A stretch of DNA of 56,815 nucleotides from Ilumatobacteraceae bacterium (lineage in GTDB: Bacteria > Actinomycetota > Acidimicrobiia > Acidimicrobiales > Ilumatobacteraceae), in the NCBI GenBank assembly GCA_009694565.1, contig SHUR01000001.1:1-56815 (forward strand), in the 5' to 3' direction. Positions 1-8,780 of the stretch are shown here, piece after piece (positions within the stretch are counted from its first letter, which is position 1; every line of letters starts with the position of its first letter). The notes under the pieces were generated by a model. That model was given only the letters and a program-made list of their open reading frames with translations. It did not search any database and was not told where the DNA came from. The translations under genes were made by a program, and so were the position numbers.

Positions 1-134
1 GGGGCGTCACCCACGGCCTTGAGATGACCATTTTCAAGAGTGTCGAGCACGACGACGCCACGACCAGATGCACGAATGAGTCGTGTGGTGATGGATCCGA
101 TGTATCCGGCACCGCCGGTGATGAGCACGGTCAT
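1..134 (-). CDS. galE: NAD-dependent sugar epimerase, UDP-glucose 4-epimerase-like; N-terminal 44 codons only, gene runs off the left edge
   Basis: Hand translation of the reverse strand from ATG at 134-132 gives MTVLITGGAGYIGSITTRLIRASGRGVVVLDTLENGHLKAVGDA. It has a GxxGxxG Rossmann motif followed by VVLDxLxNG, the typical GalE N-terminus. It is absent from the ORF track because it is truncated. Confidence 0.55.
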   Translation of the reverse strand, partial: MTVLITGGAGYIGSITTRLIRASGRGVVVLDTLENGHLKAVGDA

Positions 135-144
135 TGCAGTGAGG

Positions 145-729
145 CTACTTGAGAGGCCGTGATTGCTTGTCGCGATCAGCAGCTTTCTCGGCCTTTTTCC
201 ATGCCCGAACTGTTAACAAAGTTTCTGCTGAGGTGATGTCAGCAACAGTTCGAGGGTTTGAGTCGCTAAATACGCCTGCAGCCTTTTTCCAATTGGTGGG
301 CTTGATGTCAAAACGTTTGCCTAGCAACGCAATAAAAATCTGAGCCTTCTCGGCACCGAAACCTGGCAACTCGCGAAGGCGTTCGAACAGCACATGACCA
401 TCATCAATGTCTGCCCAGATGTTTTCGCCTTTGCCTTTGTATTTTTCAGCGAGCACTGCACACATTCCCTGAATACGTTGTGCCATTGCTTTTGGAAAAC
501 GATGTATCGCAGGCTTCGTCAAACAAATTGCCAGAAACTCTGTTGGGTCCATTGCTGCAATTTTCTTGGCGTCAAGATGACCGAGTCGTTGCTTCAATGT
601 CCAAGGTCCGTTGAAGGCCCATTCCATCGGTACTTGTTGGTCGAGCAGCATGCCAATCAAGAGTGCAGTGCCGTTGGCGTTGAGAAACGCATCAGAGTCA
701 GGATTTCCGGTGATGTACAAGGTGGGCAC
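145..729 (-). CDS. HhH-GPD-type base excision DNA repair protein
   Basis: 194-aa ORF with a GTG start. LLIGMLLDQQVPMEWAF and LPGFGAEKAQIFIALLGK (helix-hairpin-helix) match the actinobacterial HhH-GPD family pattern. It lies 17 nt downstream of aceE on the same strand. Confidence 0.6.
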   Translation of the reverse strand: MPTLYITGNPDSDAFLNANGTALLIGMLLDQQVPMEWAFNGPWTLKQRLGHLDAKKIAAMDPTEFLAICLTKPAIHRFPKAMAQRIQGMCAVLAEKYKGKGENIWADIDDGHVLFERLRELPGFGAEKAQIFIALLGKRFDIKPTNWKKAAGVFSDSNPRTVADITSAETLLTVRAWKKAEKAADRDKQSRPLK

Positions 730-746
730 GGGCGTGTTCCTTTTGT

Positions 747-3467
747 TTAGTCGCGAGTAAGAGAATGTACTGCTTCTGGGTTGATATTGAGGTCAACGAT
801 TGCCTGAGCGACAACTTCTTTGGTCACGCCGTGCGATCCGATAAGGCTGGAGAGAACCGCGATGACAATGTGTGGGGCATTTGTTTCAAAGAACTCACGC
901 AGTGCTTCACGTGTGTCGCTGCGACCCATGCCGTCTGTGCCGAGAGATAAGAATCGGCGACTCGGCACGAACGTGGCGACTTGTTCGGAAACGATGCGCA
1001 GGAAATCAGTGACCGCAATAACTGGAGACGCTGAAGCTCCAAGCATGGTGTCGACATGTGAACGGCGCTTCTTTTCAGTTGGGTGCAGACGATTCCATCG
1101 CTCCACTTCCATTCCGTCGTCACGCAATGACTTGTATGAGGTGGCTGACCACAGATCAACATCAATGGAGTACTTGGTGCGAAGAATGGTTGCAGCTTCC
1201 GATGCTGCTGCAAATGCTGAACCGGAGAATAGAATTGATGCGTGCGCTGTACCTGACGTTGATGGTGCCCATTGGTACAGACCGTTGATGACATCTTGTG
1301 CAGATACATGGCTCGGTTGTGCAGGCATTAAAATATTTTCGTTATACAGCGTGATGTAATAAAAAATGTCCGCCGGATCATCTCCGTACATTTTTGTGAT
1401 GCCGTGCTGAACGATTGCAGCCACTTCAAATGCAAATGCAGGGTCGTAGGCCTGACATGCAGGTATTGCTGTTGCTAATAACAAGCTGTGCCCATCTTGA
1501 TGTTGCAGGCCTTCGCCCATGAGAGTGGTACGACCTGCAGTTGCACCCAAGAGGAAGCCTCGCGCACGAGCATCGGCTGCTTGCCAAATAAGGTCACCTA
1601 TTCGTTGGAATCCGAACATTGAATAGAACGTGTAGAACGGAACCATTGGTACCCCGCGTGTGGCATAGCTGGTTGCAGCAGCAATCCAGCTAGACATGGC
1701 GCCGGCTTCGGTGATTCCTTCTTCCAGAATTTGGCCTTGTGCAGACTCCGCATACGACAACAACAAGTCGTGATCAACTGGTTCGTATTTTTGTCCCTGT
1801 GATGCGTAGATCTTTAGTTCGCGGAACATGGAATCCATCCCGAAGGTGCGTGCTTCGTCTGGGACAATCGGCACAACGCGGCTGCCAAAAGCATCATCGC
1901 GGGCAAGATTACGCAACATGCGTGTCAACGCCATGGTGGAGCTGACTGCTTGACCCCCAGAGCCGAGTGTGAATTCTGTGAACACATCTGCGGAGGGGAG
2001 TGTGAGTGGTGTTTTGTTGCGAATCACGCGCTTTGGTAATAAACCACCGAGCACACGTCGGCGTTCCATCATGTATTGATATTCAACTGAGTCAACGGGT
2101 GGGCGATAGTAAGGAAGCACGTCGCCTTCTAGGGCCGAGTCGGGAATCTCTTCTTGTAAATGTAAACGATCTCGCATGGCTCGCAATTGGTCCGTATTAA
2201 GTTTCTTAATTTGGTGTGTTGCGTTGCGGCCTTCAACTTGCGGTCCAAGAGTCCAGCCCTTGATGGTCTTAGCCAGAATAACAGTGGGCTTGCCAGAGCC
2301 AAGATTGTCGACAGCTGCTTGGTATGCAGCGAATAATTTGCGGTAGTCGTGACCGCCGCGAGGCAGGTTCAGTAATTCATCATCAGTCAAGTGTGCGACC
2401 AACTGCAACAAGCCAGGGTCGGACCCAAAAAAGTGCTCCCGAATGTACGCGCCACCTTCAATGGAATAACGCTGAAATTCACCGTCAACAGTGGAGTTCA
2501 TCTTGTTGAGTAATAATCCGTCAACGTCGGCTGCTAACAGTTCATCCCACTTAGAGCCCCAGACCACTTTGATGACGTTCCATCCGGCACCGCGGAATAC
2601 AGCTTCGAGTTCTTGAATAATTTTGCCGTTGCCACGCACCGGCCCATCAAGTCGTTGGAGGTTGCAGTTGACGACAAAGACAAGGTTGTCAAGTTTCTCT
2701 CGCGCTGCGAGTGAAATCGATCCGAGAGTTTCCGGTTCATCCGTTTCGCCATCGCCAATAAATGCCCACACGCGGCTTGCTGATGTGTCATCAATGCCCC
2801 TGTTATGCAGGTAGCGGTTAAAGCGTGCGTGGTACAACGCCGTTAGCGGACCAAGCCCCATTGACACGGTAGGAAATTCCCAGAACTCTGGCATGAGTCG
2901 AGGATGCGGATAGCTGGAGAGACCTTTTCCATCTCGTCCAATCTCACGACGGAAATGATCAAGGTCGTCTTCGTCGAGGCGGCGTTCAAGAAATGCGCGC
3001 GCATAAATTCCGGGTGCAGCGTGGCCTTGGAAATACACATGGTCACCGGCTGTGCCATTGTCTTTGCCGTGAAAGAAATGGTTGAAACCAATTTCGTACA
3101 AGCTTGCAGAACTTGCAAACGTTGATAAGTGACCGCCGATACCCTCTGCAGCATGGTTTGCTCGCGTCACCATGACCGCTGCGTTCCATCTGATGTATGC
3201 ACGAATGCGGCGTTCTAAATGTTCGTCGCCTGGAAACCATGGTTCGTTGTCGCGAGTGATGCTGTTTACATATGGTGTTGACACGGTGGCGGGAAAGTTG
3301 ACATCGGTGTGTTGCGCGCGCTCGAGAAGCCGTGCCAACAAATAACGGGCACGTTCGACGCCATGACCATTGACAACAGAGTCAAGAGAGTCAAGCCATT
3401 CCTGAGTCTCGCCCGGATCAGTGTCGGGGAGCTGATGCATAGAGCCATCGAAGGTCACAATCGTCAT
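747..3467 (-). CDS. aceE: Pyruvate dehydrogenase E1 component, homodimeric AceE type
   Basis: 906-aa ORF. The length and sequence are typical of AceE throughout: N-terminal DPGETQEWLDSL, a TPP-binding region GDGETDEPE...NCNLQRLDG, and a C-terminal transketolase-like domain. Confidence 0.95.
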   Translation of the reverse strand: MTIVTFDGSMHQLPDTDPGETQEWLDSLDSVVNGHGVERARYLLARLLERAQHTDVNFPATVSTPYVNSITRDNEPWFPGDEHLERRIRAYIRWNAAVMVTRANHAAEGIGGHLSTFASSASLYEIGFNHFFHGKDNGTAGDHVYFQGHAAPGIYARAFLERRLDEDDLDHFRREIGRDGKGLSSYPHPRLMPEFWEFPTVSMGLGPLTALYHARFNRYLHNRGIDDTSASRVWAFIGDGETDEPETLGSISLAAREKLDNLVFVVNCNLQRLDGPVRGNGKIIQELEAVFRGAGWNVIKVVWGSKWDELLAADVDGLLLNKMNSTVDGEFQRYSIEGGAYIREHFFGSDPGLLQLVAHLTDDELLNLPRGGHDYRKLFAAYQAAVDNLGSGKPTVILAKTIKGWTLGPQVEGRNATHQIKKLNTDQLRAMRDRLHLQEEIPDSALEGDVLPYYRPPVDSVEYQYMMERRRVLGGLLPKRVIRNKTPLTLPSADVFTEFTLGSGGQAVSSTMALTRMLRNLARDDAFGSRVVPIVPDEARTFGMDSMFRELKIYASQGQKYEPVDHDLLLSYAESAQGQILEEGITEAGAMSSWIAAATSYATRGVPMVPFYTFYSMFGFQRIGDLIWQAADARARGFLLGATAGRTTLMGEGLQHQDGHSLLLATAIPACQAYDPAFAFEVAAIVQHGITKMYGDDPADIFYYITLYNENILMPAQPSHVSAQDVINGLYQWAPSTSGTAHASILFSGSAFAAASEAATILRTKYSIDVDLWSATSYKSLRDDGMEVERWNRLHPTEKKRRSHVDTMLGASASPVIAVTDFLRIVSEQVATFVPSRRFLSLGTDGMGRSDTREALREFFETNAPHIVIAVLSSLIGSHGVTKEVVAQAIVDLNINPEAVHSLTRD

Positions 3468-3528
3468 TCTCCCATGATTTTTCGTAAAAGCCCGTCGTTA
3501 CCCCGTCCCATGGTGAACAATCATTGTC

Positions 3529-3975
3529 ATGGAATTGTCCGACGACGTAATTGTTATTTATACAGATGGCGCGTGCTCGGGTAATCCAGGGCCTGGCGGC
3601 TGGGCGTGGGCGGTGGCTCCGTCAGGAGATATCAATGACAGTGCTGGAGAAGCCATGTCAACGAATCAACGGATGGAAATTATGGCTGCCTACCAGGCTG
3701 TAATCCATTTTGAAGATGACCCGCGCATCATTCGCATTGTGGCTGATTCCACTTATGTCGTGAAGTGCTTCAATGATGGCTGGTGGCGTGGCTGGCACAA
3801 GCGTGGGTGGAAAAATTCTCAGCGCCAGCCAGTTGCGAACCGAGACTTATGGGAACCCTTCATTGAGTTGGTCAACCAGCGTGGGCGAGTGGAATTCGAG
3901 TGGGTCAAGGGCCATAGTGGCAATCGCATGAATGATTATGTCGATGCGCTTGCGGTTGCACACACCCAGAATTAG
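3529..3975 (+). CDS. rnhA: Ribonuclease HI
   Basis: 148 aa. IYTDGACSGNPGPGGWAW, NQRMEIMA, ADSTYV and NDYVDALA supply the DEDD catalytic residues of RNase H1. Confidence 0.9.
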   Translation: MELSDDVIVIYTDGACSGNPGPGGWAWAVAPSGDINDSAGEAMSTNQRMEIMAAYQAVIHFEDDPRIIRIVADSTYVVKCFNDGWWRGWHKRGWKNSQRQPVANRDLWEPFIELVNQRGRVEFEWVKGHSGNRMNDYVDALAVAHTQN

Positions 3976-4029
3976 CCCGATTCGGCACTCCGCTAGGAAG
4001 TCTGTGACCTGATTGCGTAGCCTGTCTGG

Positions 4030-4812
4030 ATGGAACTTAAAGGCGTCAGCGCAATTGTCACAGGTGGAGCATCCGGTATCGGAGCAGCTTCTGTTCGTCT
4101 CCTTGCAAAAGGTGGAGCAAAGGTCGTCATCGCCGATCTTGATCGTCAGAAAGAGGTCGGCGAGGCCCTTGCAAAGGAAGTCGGCGGCTCATTTTGTGCT
4201 GTTGACGTCACCGTCACAGAGGACATCATCAACGCGGTCGAAATGGCTAAGTCCATGGGCCCACTTCGCGTTTTGGTGAACTCGGCAGGTATCGGTTGGG
4301 CGCAACGCACCATCGGTAGAGACGGGTCTTACGATTCGGCTGCCAACATCGAGGCATTCAAGAAAGTCATCGCGATCAACTTGGTCGGAACATTCGATGC
4401 AATTCGTATTGCAGCAACTGCAATGAGCCAAACGGAGCCGTTGGAAGATGGTGAGCGTGGCGCAATTGTGAACATTGCCTCTGTTGCAGCATTCGATGGC
4501 CAGATTGGTCAGAACGCGTACTCGGCGTCAAAGGGCGGAGTTGTCGGTATGACACTTCCTATTGCTCGTGACTTGTCAGCATCTGGTATTCGTGTGAACA
4601 CTGTTGCCCCGGGACTCATCGACACACCGATCTACGGACAAGGTGATCAGAGTGAGGCTTTCAAAGCCCAACTACAAAAGGGTGTGTTGTTCCCTCAGAA
4701 GCTTGGTCGTCCAGACCAGTTGGCTTCAATGGTTCTTGAGTGCATTACGAACAGTTACATGAATGCTGAAACCATCAGAGTTGATGGTGGCATTCGTATG
4801 CCGCCTAAGTGA
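4030..4812 (+). CDS. SDR family oxidoreductase, 3-hydroxyacyl-CoA dehydrogenase type II-like
   Basis: 260 aa. It has TGGASGIG cofactor motif, NSAG, YSASKGGV catalytic Tyr/Lys and a RVNTVAPGLIDTP tail, typical of HSD10/FadB2-like SDRs. Confidence 0.8.
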   Translation: MELKGVSAIVTGGASGIGAASVRLLAKGGAKVVIADLDRQKEVGEALAKEVGGSFCAVDVTVTEDIINAVEMAKSMGPLRVLVNSAGIGWAQRTIGRDGSYDSAANIEAFKKVIAINLVGTFDAIRIAATAMSQTEPLEDGERGAIVNIASVAAFDGQIGQNAYSASKGGVVGMTLPIARDLSASGIRVNTVAPGLIDTPIYGQGDQSEAFKAQLQKGVLFPQKLGRPDQLASMVLECITNSYMNAETIRVDGGIRMPPK

Positions 4813-5720
4813 GCACCGTTTTTCATAACGACCCATTTACGCCGTTTGATCGGCAACCGATAACTTCGCACGATTCCCCGAGCTCCGGCTCGGGGTTTCG
4901 TCGTTCTATAGCCATTCCTGATTCGTATCTGCCTGTGCCTGCCGATGCAGCACGGTTACGCGTTGCGGCCAGACAACTCGATATCGAACAGTGGGTATCA
5001 ACTCGTGACGATGACTGGTTGCCCACCATCGAAATGAAGCGTGCCTTAATCGATGAACGTCGCGATGAAGTTGTGGCGTGCCTTTCTGGCGCAGAATCTG
5101 CATGCGATGAAGTTGCTCGTGGGGTAATGAACTCGATTGGAGTTACACCCACAAGTGCGCATGGCGTTGATGCACTTGTTGAAGCGGCATTGTGTGTTGC
5201 TGATGATTTGTGCATCCTGATTCCTGATGCTGACGGAATGCCACGGCTTGTTGCTGCCGTGTTGTGTTCGCCGGGTCGGTGGCGCCTGGCCGAAAAGATT
5301 GGTGGCACCATGGCCTCTATTCACGTGCCTGTCGCGCGGTACGACATTGACCTTGACTCGCCCGTGAACGCAGTGCTGAAACGATTGAACGTTGAAAAAC
5401 CAATGTGGCGAACCAATTGGGGAATTAGCAATCATCCGTCACTCTTTCAGCCTGACATTCCTCCACATACGCCGGATATGGATATTGCCGACATGTGGTT
5501 CCGTACTGAATGGCAAACATTGCGTCGCTTGCCTGAGACTGGTGCGATTCTGTTCACTATTCGCACGTACGTAGAAAAGTTGAGTGATTTTGTGTCGCGG
5601 GATTATGCAGTCGTGCATGACATCGGCGACATCATTAACAAGATTCCCGTAGACGTTGCTCAATACAAAAGCATTGCGCCATATCGCGAACGAATCTTCG
5701 AATACTTCAGCGCGCGCTGA
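4809..5720 (+). CDS. DUF3445-like protein (heme-dependent oxidative N-demethylase alpha-subunit family), function unknown
   Basis: 303 aa. The GTG start overlaps the SDR stop (GTGA at 4809-4812). LCSPGRWRLAEKIG...IHVPV...PMWRTNWGI resembles the DUF3445 core as I remember it. The coding call is solid; the family call is tentative. Confidence 0.55.
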   Translation: MSTVFHNDPFTPFDRQPITSHDSPSSGSGFRRSIAIPDSYLPVPADAARLRVAARQLDIEQWVSTRDDDWLPTIEMKRALIDERRDEVVACLSGAESACDEVARGVMNSIGVTPTSAHGVDALVEAALCVADDLCILIPDADGMPRLVAAVLCSPGRWRLAEKIGGTMASIHVPVARYDIDLDSPVNAVLKRLNVEKPMWRTNWGISNHPSLFQPDIPPHTPDMDIADMWFRTEWQTLRRLPETGAILFTIRTYVEKLSDFVSRDYAVVHDIGDIINKIPVDVAQYKSIAPYRERIFEYFSAR

Positions 5721-5723
5721 GAA

Positions 5724-6902
5724 CTACGTGGTGTAGTCGGCGTTGATACGTACGTACCCGTCGGTCAGGTCACAGCCCCACACGGTGGCGGTTGCTGAAC
5801 CAGTTTGTAGTGACACATGAATAGTGACATCGTTGCCACGCATGTACTGACTGAGTTGCTCAAGACCTGATTCATCGACACGGGTGGGGTACACCTCTTG
5901 CGTGCCAAACCGAATAACTACTTTTTCTTGGTCAATGTCTGTGTACTGGCTGCATTTACCTACTGCCATTGCGACGCGACCCCAGTTTGGGTCTGCGCCA
6001 TGCACGGCTGTCTTAACGAGTGGCGAGTTAACGATTGCTTTCGCCACCGTTTTGGCTTGCTCGGAATCACGGGCATTGTCAACAACGACCTCGATGAGAG
6101 TTTCTGCGCCTTCACCATCGCGTGCAATTGCTTTAGTGAGATCAAGAAGAACTAGGTGAAGCGCTTCGGTGAGGGCACTGTCATCAACGGCGCCTGCGGC
6201 ACCACTTGCCAAGATGATCGCAGTATCGCTGGTGCTGGTATCTGTATCAACTGACACGCAGTTCAGCGTTTTGCTGATCACGCCTCGAAAAATATCATTC
6301 AAATTGTGCGGTTCAACTTTTGCATCGGTGAACACCATTGCAATAAGGGTTGCCATGTTTGGTTCGATCATGCCAACGCCCTTGGCGACACCAACAACGC
6401 GTGCAGTAGACCCTGCAATGGTGGCGGATGAAATTTTGTGCACGGTGTCGGTGGTCATGATGCCACGTGCCACCTCCTCTGCGTCGTTGTTAGGCAATGG
6501 AAAAGGAAGTGATGCGATTCCGGCGCGAATATTTTCGATGGGGTAGAGCCGCCCGATGACTCCAGTTGAAGCGATCAGTACTTGGTTGTTGGTAAGCCCG
6601 AGCGCCGAAGCGACTGATGACGTGACCTCTTCAGCATGACGCATTCCCTCATCGCCGGTTGCCACGTTGGCGTTCTTTGAAATCACCACGATGGCTCGCG
6701 CCGACAGATCGGCCACATTGCGCCGAGAGATAACAACGCTTGGACCAGCGAACCTGCTTTGGGTAAATACTCCTGCAGCTGCACATGAGGCATCGGCCAT
6801 TACGACCGTGAAGTCTTTTGTTGAGTCCTTCACTCCGACGTTGGTGACGAAGGAGGAAAAGCCGAGGGGGAGAGCAGTAGTCACGACAATTGTGTTTAGC
6901 AC
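5724..6902 (-). CDS. argJ: Bifunctional ornithine acetyltransferase / N-acetylglutamate synthase (ArgJ family)
   Basis: 392 aa with a GTG start. GVAKGVGMIEPNMATLIAMVFTDA contains the ArgJ autoproteolytic A|T site, and the C-terminus ends in YVRINADYTT. No other arg genes are nearby. Confidence 0.85.
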   Translation of the reverse strand: MLNTIVVTTALPLGFSSFVTNVGVKDSTKDFTVVMADASCAAAGVFTQSRFAGPSVVISRRNVADLSARAIVVISKNANVATGDEGMRHAEEVTSSVASALGLTNNQVLIASTGVIGRLYPIENIRAGIASLPFPLPNNDAEEVARGIMTTDTVHKISSATIAGSTARVVGVAKGVGMIEPNMATLIAMVFTDAKVEPHNLNDIFRGVISKTLNCVSVDTDTSTSDTAIILASGAAGAVDDSALTEALHLVLLDLTKAIARDGEGAETLIEVVVDNARDSEQAKTVAKAIVNSPLVKTAVHGADPNWGRVAMAVGKCSQYTDIDQEKVVIRFGTQEVYPTRVDESGLEQLSQYMRGNDVTIHVSLQTGSATATVWGCDLTDGYVRINADYTT

Positions 6903-6936
6903 CCCGGAGACCCTGTTCGGGGTTTAGATTTGATTC

Positions 6937-8346
6937 GTGCGCACAATCGTGGTTAACGGAACCGTTATCAATGCTGAAGGACGGGTGGCTGCCGATGTGG
7001 TCATTGAGGGAGAGCGCATCGTTTCGGTGGTGCCACGGTCTGCGCAAGCGTTGGTGACCGGTCCAGATGACACTGTGATCGACGCCACCGGATGTTTCGT
7101 GATTCCGGGCGGAGTTGATGCCCACGTTCACATGCAGCTTGATACGGGCACCATGGTCTCGTCTGATTCATTTGAGTCAGGCACTATTGCAGCGGCTCAT
7201 GGCGGCACCACCACCATTATTGATTTCTCTGAACAACGCGTCGGCGGCAAAGTGCTCACGGCTTTTGAATCCCGATTCGCACAAGCAGAATCACAATGTG
7301 TGATCGACTGGGGCTTGCATCAAATTCTTGGTGGAGTAGACGCGCAAGCGCTGATTGATACGCGATCACTTGTTGAACGAGAAGGCGTTGCATCAATCAA
7401 GTTGTTTATGGCGTACCCCGGGCGTTTGTATTCCGATGATGGACAAATACTGCGTGCCTTACAAATGTGTGCAGATACCGGCATGATGGCCATGGTGCAT
7501 GCAGAAAATGGTTTAGCCATTGATGTGCTGATTGAACAAGCAATTGCTGCTGGAAATACAGGTCCTGAATTTCATTCACTCACTCGACCGCCAGAACTGG
7601 AAGCTGAAGCCGTGCATCGTGCCTCAGTATTGGCACGTGTTGCAGGCAATGCGCCTTTGTACATCGTGCACTTATCAAGTTCTCATGCCTTACGAGAAGT
7701 AGTAGAGGCTCGTTCGCGTGGCACAAACATTTTTGCTGAGACGTGCCCACAATATTTGCATCTGTCATTGGAAGAACATTTGGGACAGGGCTGGCCAAAT
7801 GGGGCAGGTTTCATTTGTTCCACTCCACTGCGATCGCGTCATGACCATCATCAGGCAGACCTTTGGGAGGGCTTGCGTGTTGACCAACTTGCAGTAGTGA
7901 GCACCGACCATTGTCCGTTCTGTTTACGCGAACAGAAATTGGCGAATGGTGAAGCGTTCAATCTTGTCCCAAATGGAATTGGTGGCGTAGAGCACCGAAT
8001 GGACTTGGTGTATCAAGGTGTTGTCGCAGGCCACATCAGTGAGGAACGATGGGTGGAAGTGTGTGCGACTGCGCCTGCTCGATTGTTTGGTCTTGACAGA
8101 AAAGGTGTTCTCGCAGAAGGTTTCGATGCAGATGTCGTGATTTATGATCCGAACGCAACTTCAGTTCTTGGTGCAGCAACTCATCATATGAATCTTGACT
8201 ATTCAGCGTATGAAGGCCTCGGCGTTCAGGGCGGCGTACGGACCGTGTTATCACGCGGTGAAGTAATCGTTGATCAGGGAACGTTTCTTGGTCGTGTTGG
8301 CCGCGGAAAGTATTTACGACGCGGGATATCACGTCATATTCGCTAA
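6937..8346 (+). CDS. Dihydropyrimidinase / D-hydantoinase (cyclic amidohydrolase)
   Basis: 469 aa with a GTG start. PGGVDAHVHM is the metal-binding HxH. IKLFMAY carries the carboxylated Lys. VHAENG and STDHCPF follow the canonical hydantoinase motif order. Confidence 0.85.
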   Translation: MRTIVVNGTVINAEGRVAADVVIEGERIVSVVPRSAQALVTGPDDTVIDATGCFVIPGGVDAHVHMQLDTGTMVSSDSFESGTIAAAHGGTTTIIDFSEQRVGGKVLTAFESRFAQAESQCVIDWGLHQILGGVDAQALIDTRSLVEREGVASIKLFMAYPGRLYSDDGQILRALQMCADTGMMAMVHAENGLAIDVLIEQAIAAGNTGPEFHSLTRPPELEAEAVHRASVLARVAGNAPLYIVHLSSSHALREVVEARSRGTNIFAETCPQYLHLSLEEHLGQGWPNGAGFICSTPLRSRHDHHQADLWEGLRVDQLAVVSTDHCPFCLREQKLANGEAFNLVPNGIGGVEHRMDLVYQGVVAGHISEERWVEVCATAPARLFGLDRKGVLAEGFDADVVIYDPNATSVLGAATHHMNLDYSAYEGLGVQGGVRTVLSRGEVIVDQGTFLGRVGRGKYLRRGISRHIR

Positions 8347-8780
8347 GCGAACTTCTTCACCAAGTTTTCGAGCGTCTTCTCCATGAATTTTGCATTTTCT
8401 TGAGGTGACTTACGTAATTTCAGAAGGAGCGGCGTCTTTGACCTGTTCCAGTCGAACTGCTCGGTGACTTTTGTGCCGCCATCAGTTGGTTCCAAGTTGT
8501 AGCGCCAGATGTGTCCACCGAAATGGCGCCACGCAATTGTCTTGCCCTCTTCAAACTCAACGACAGTGTTTGTGATTTTGTATGGAACGCCAATCTTCAT
8601 CTTCATACCAAACGTTGCATTCAGTGACAAACGTTCTGGCGCATCGAGTTGCGCTGACTGGATGGAACCAGAGCCGTCAATTTCACCATGACGACGCGGA
8701 TCGGCGAGCAAATCAAAAATCATTTGTGCCGGAGCAGCAACAATGGTGGAGCGAGAAACAATTTTTGCAAGGTTGGTCAT
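8343..8780 (-). CDS. SRPBCC (START/Bet v1-like) family protein
   Basis: The ORF track gives 8343..8819. I prefer ATG at 8780 (MTNLAKIV...) because it forms an ATGA overlap with the upstream stop. The size and pattern (IFDLLADPRRH...WRHFGGHIWRY) are typical of SRPBCC proteins. Confidence 0.65.
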   Translation of the reverse strand: MTNLAKIVSRSTIVAAPAQMIFDLLADPRRHGEIDGSGSIQSAQLDAPERLSLNATFGMKMKIGVPYKITNTVVEFEEGKTIAWRHFGGHIWRYNLEPTDGGTKVTEQFDWNRSKTPLLLKLRKSPQENAKFMEKTLENLVKKFA

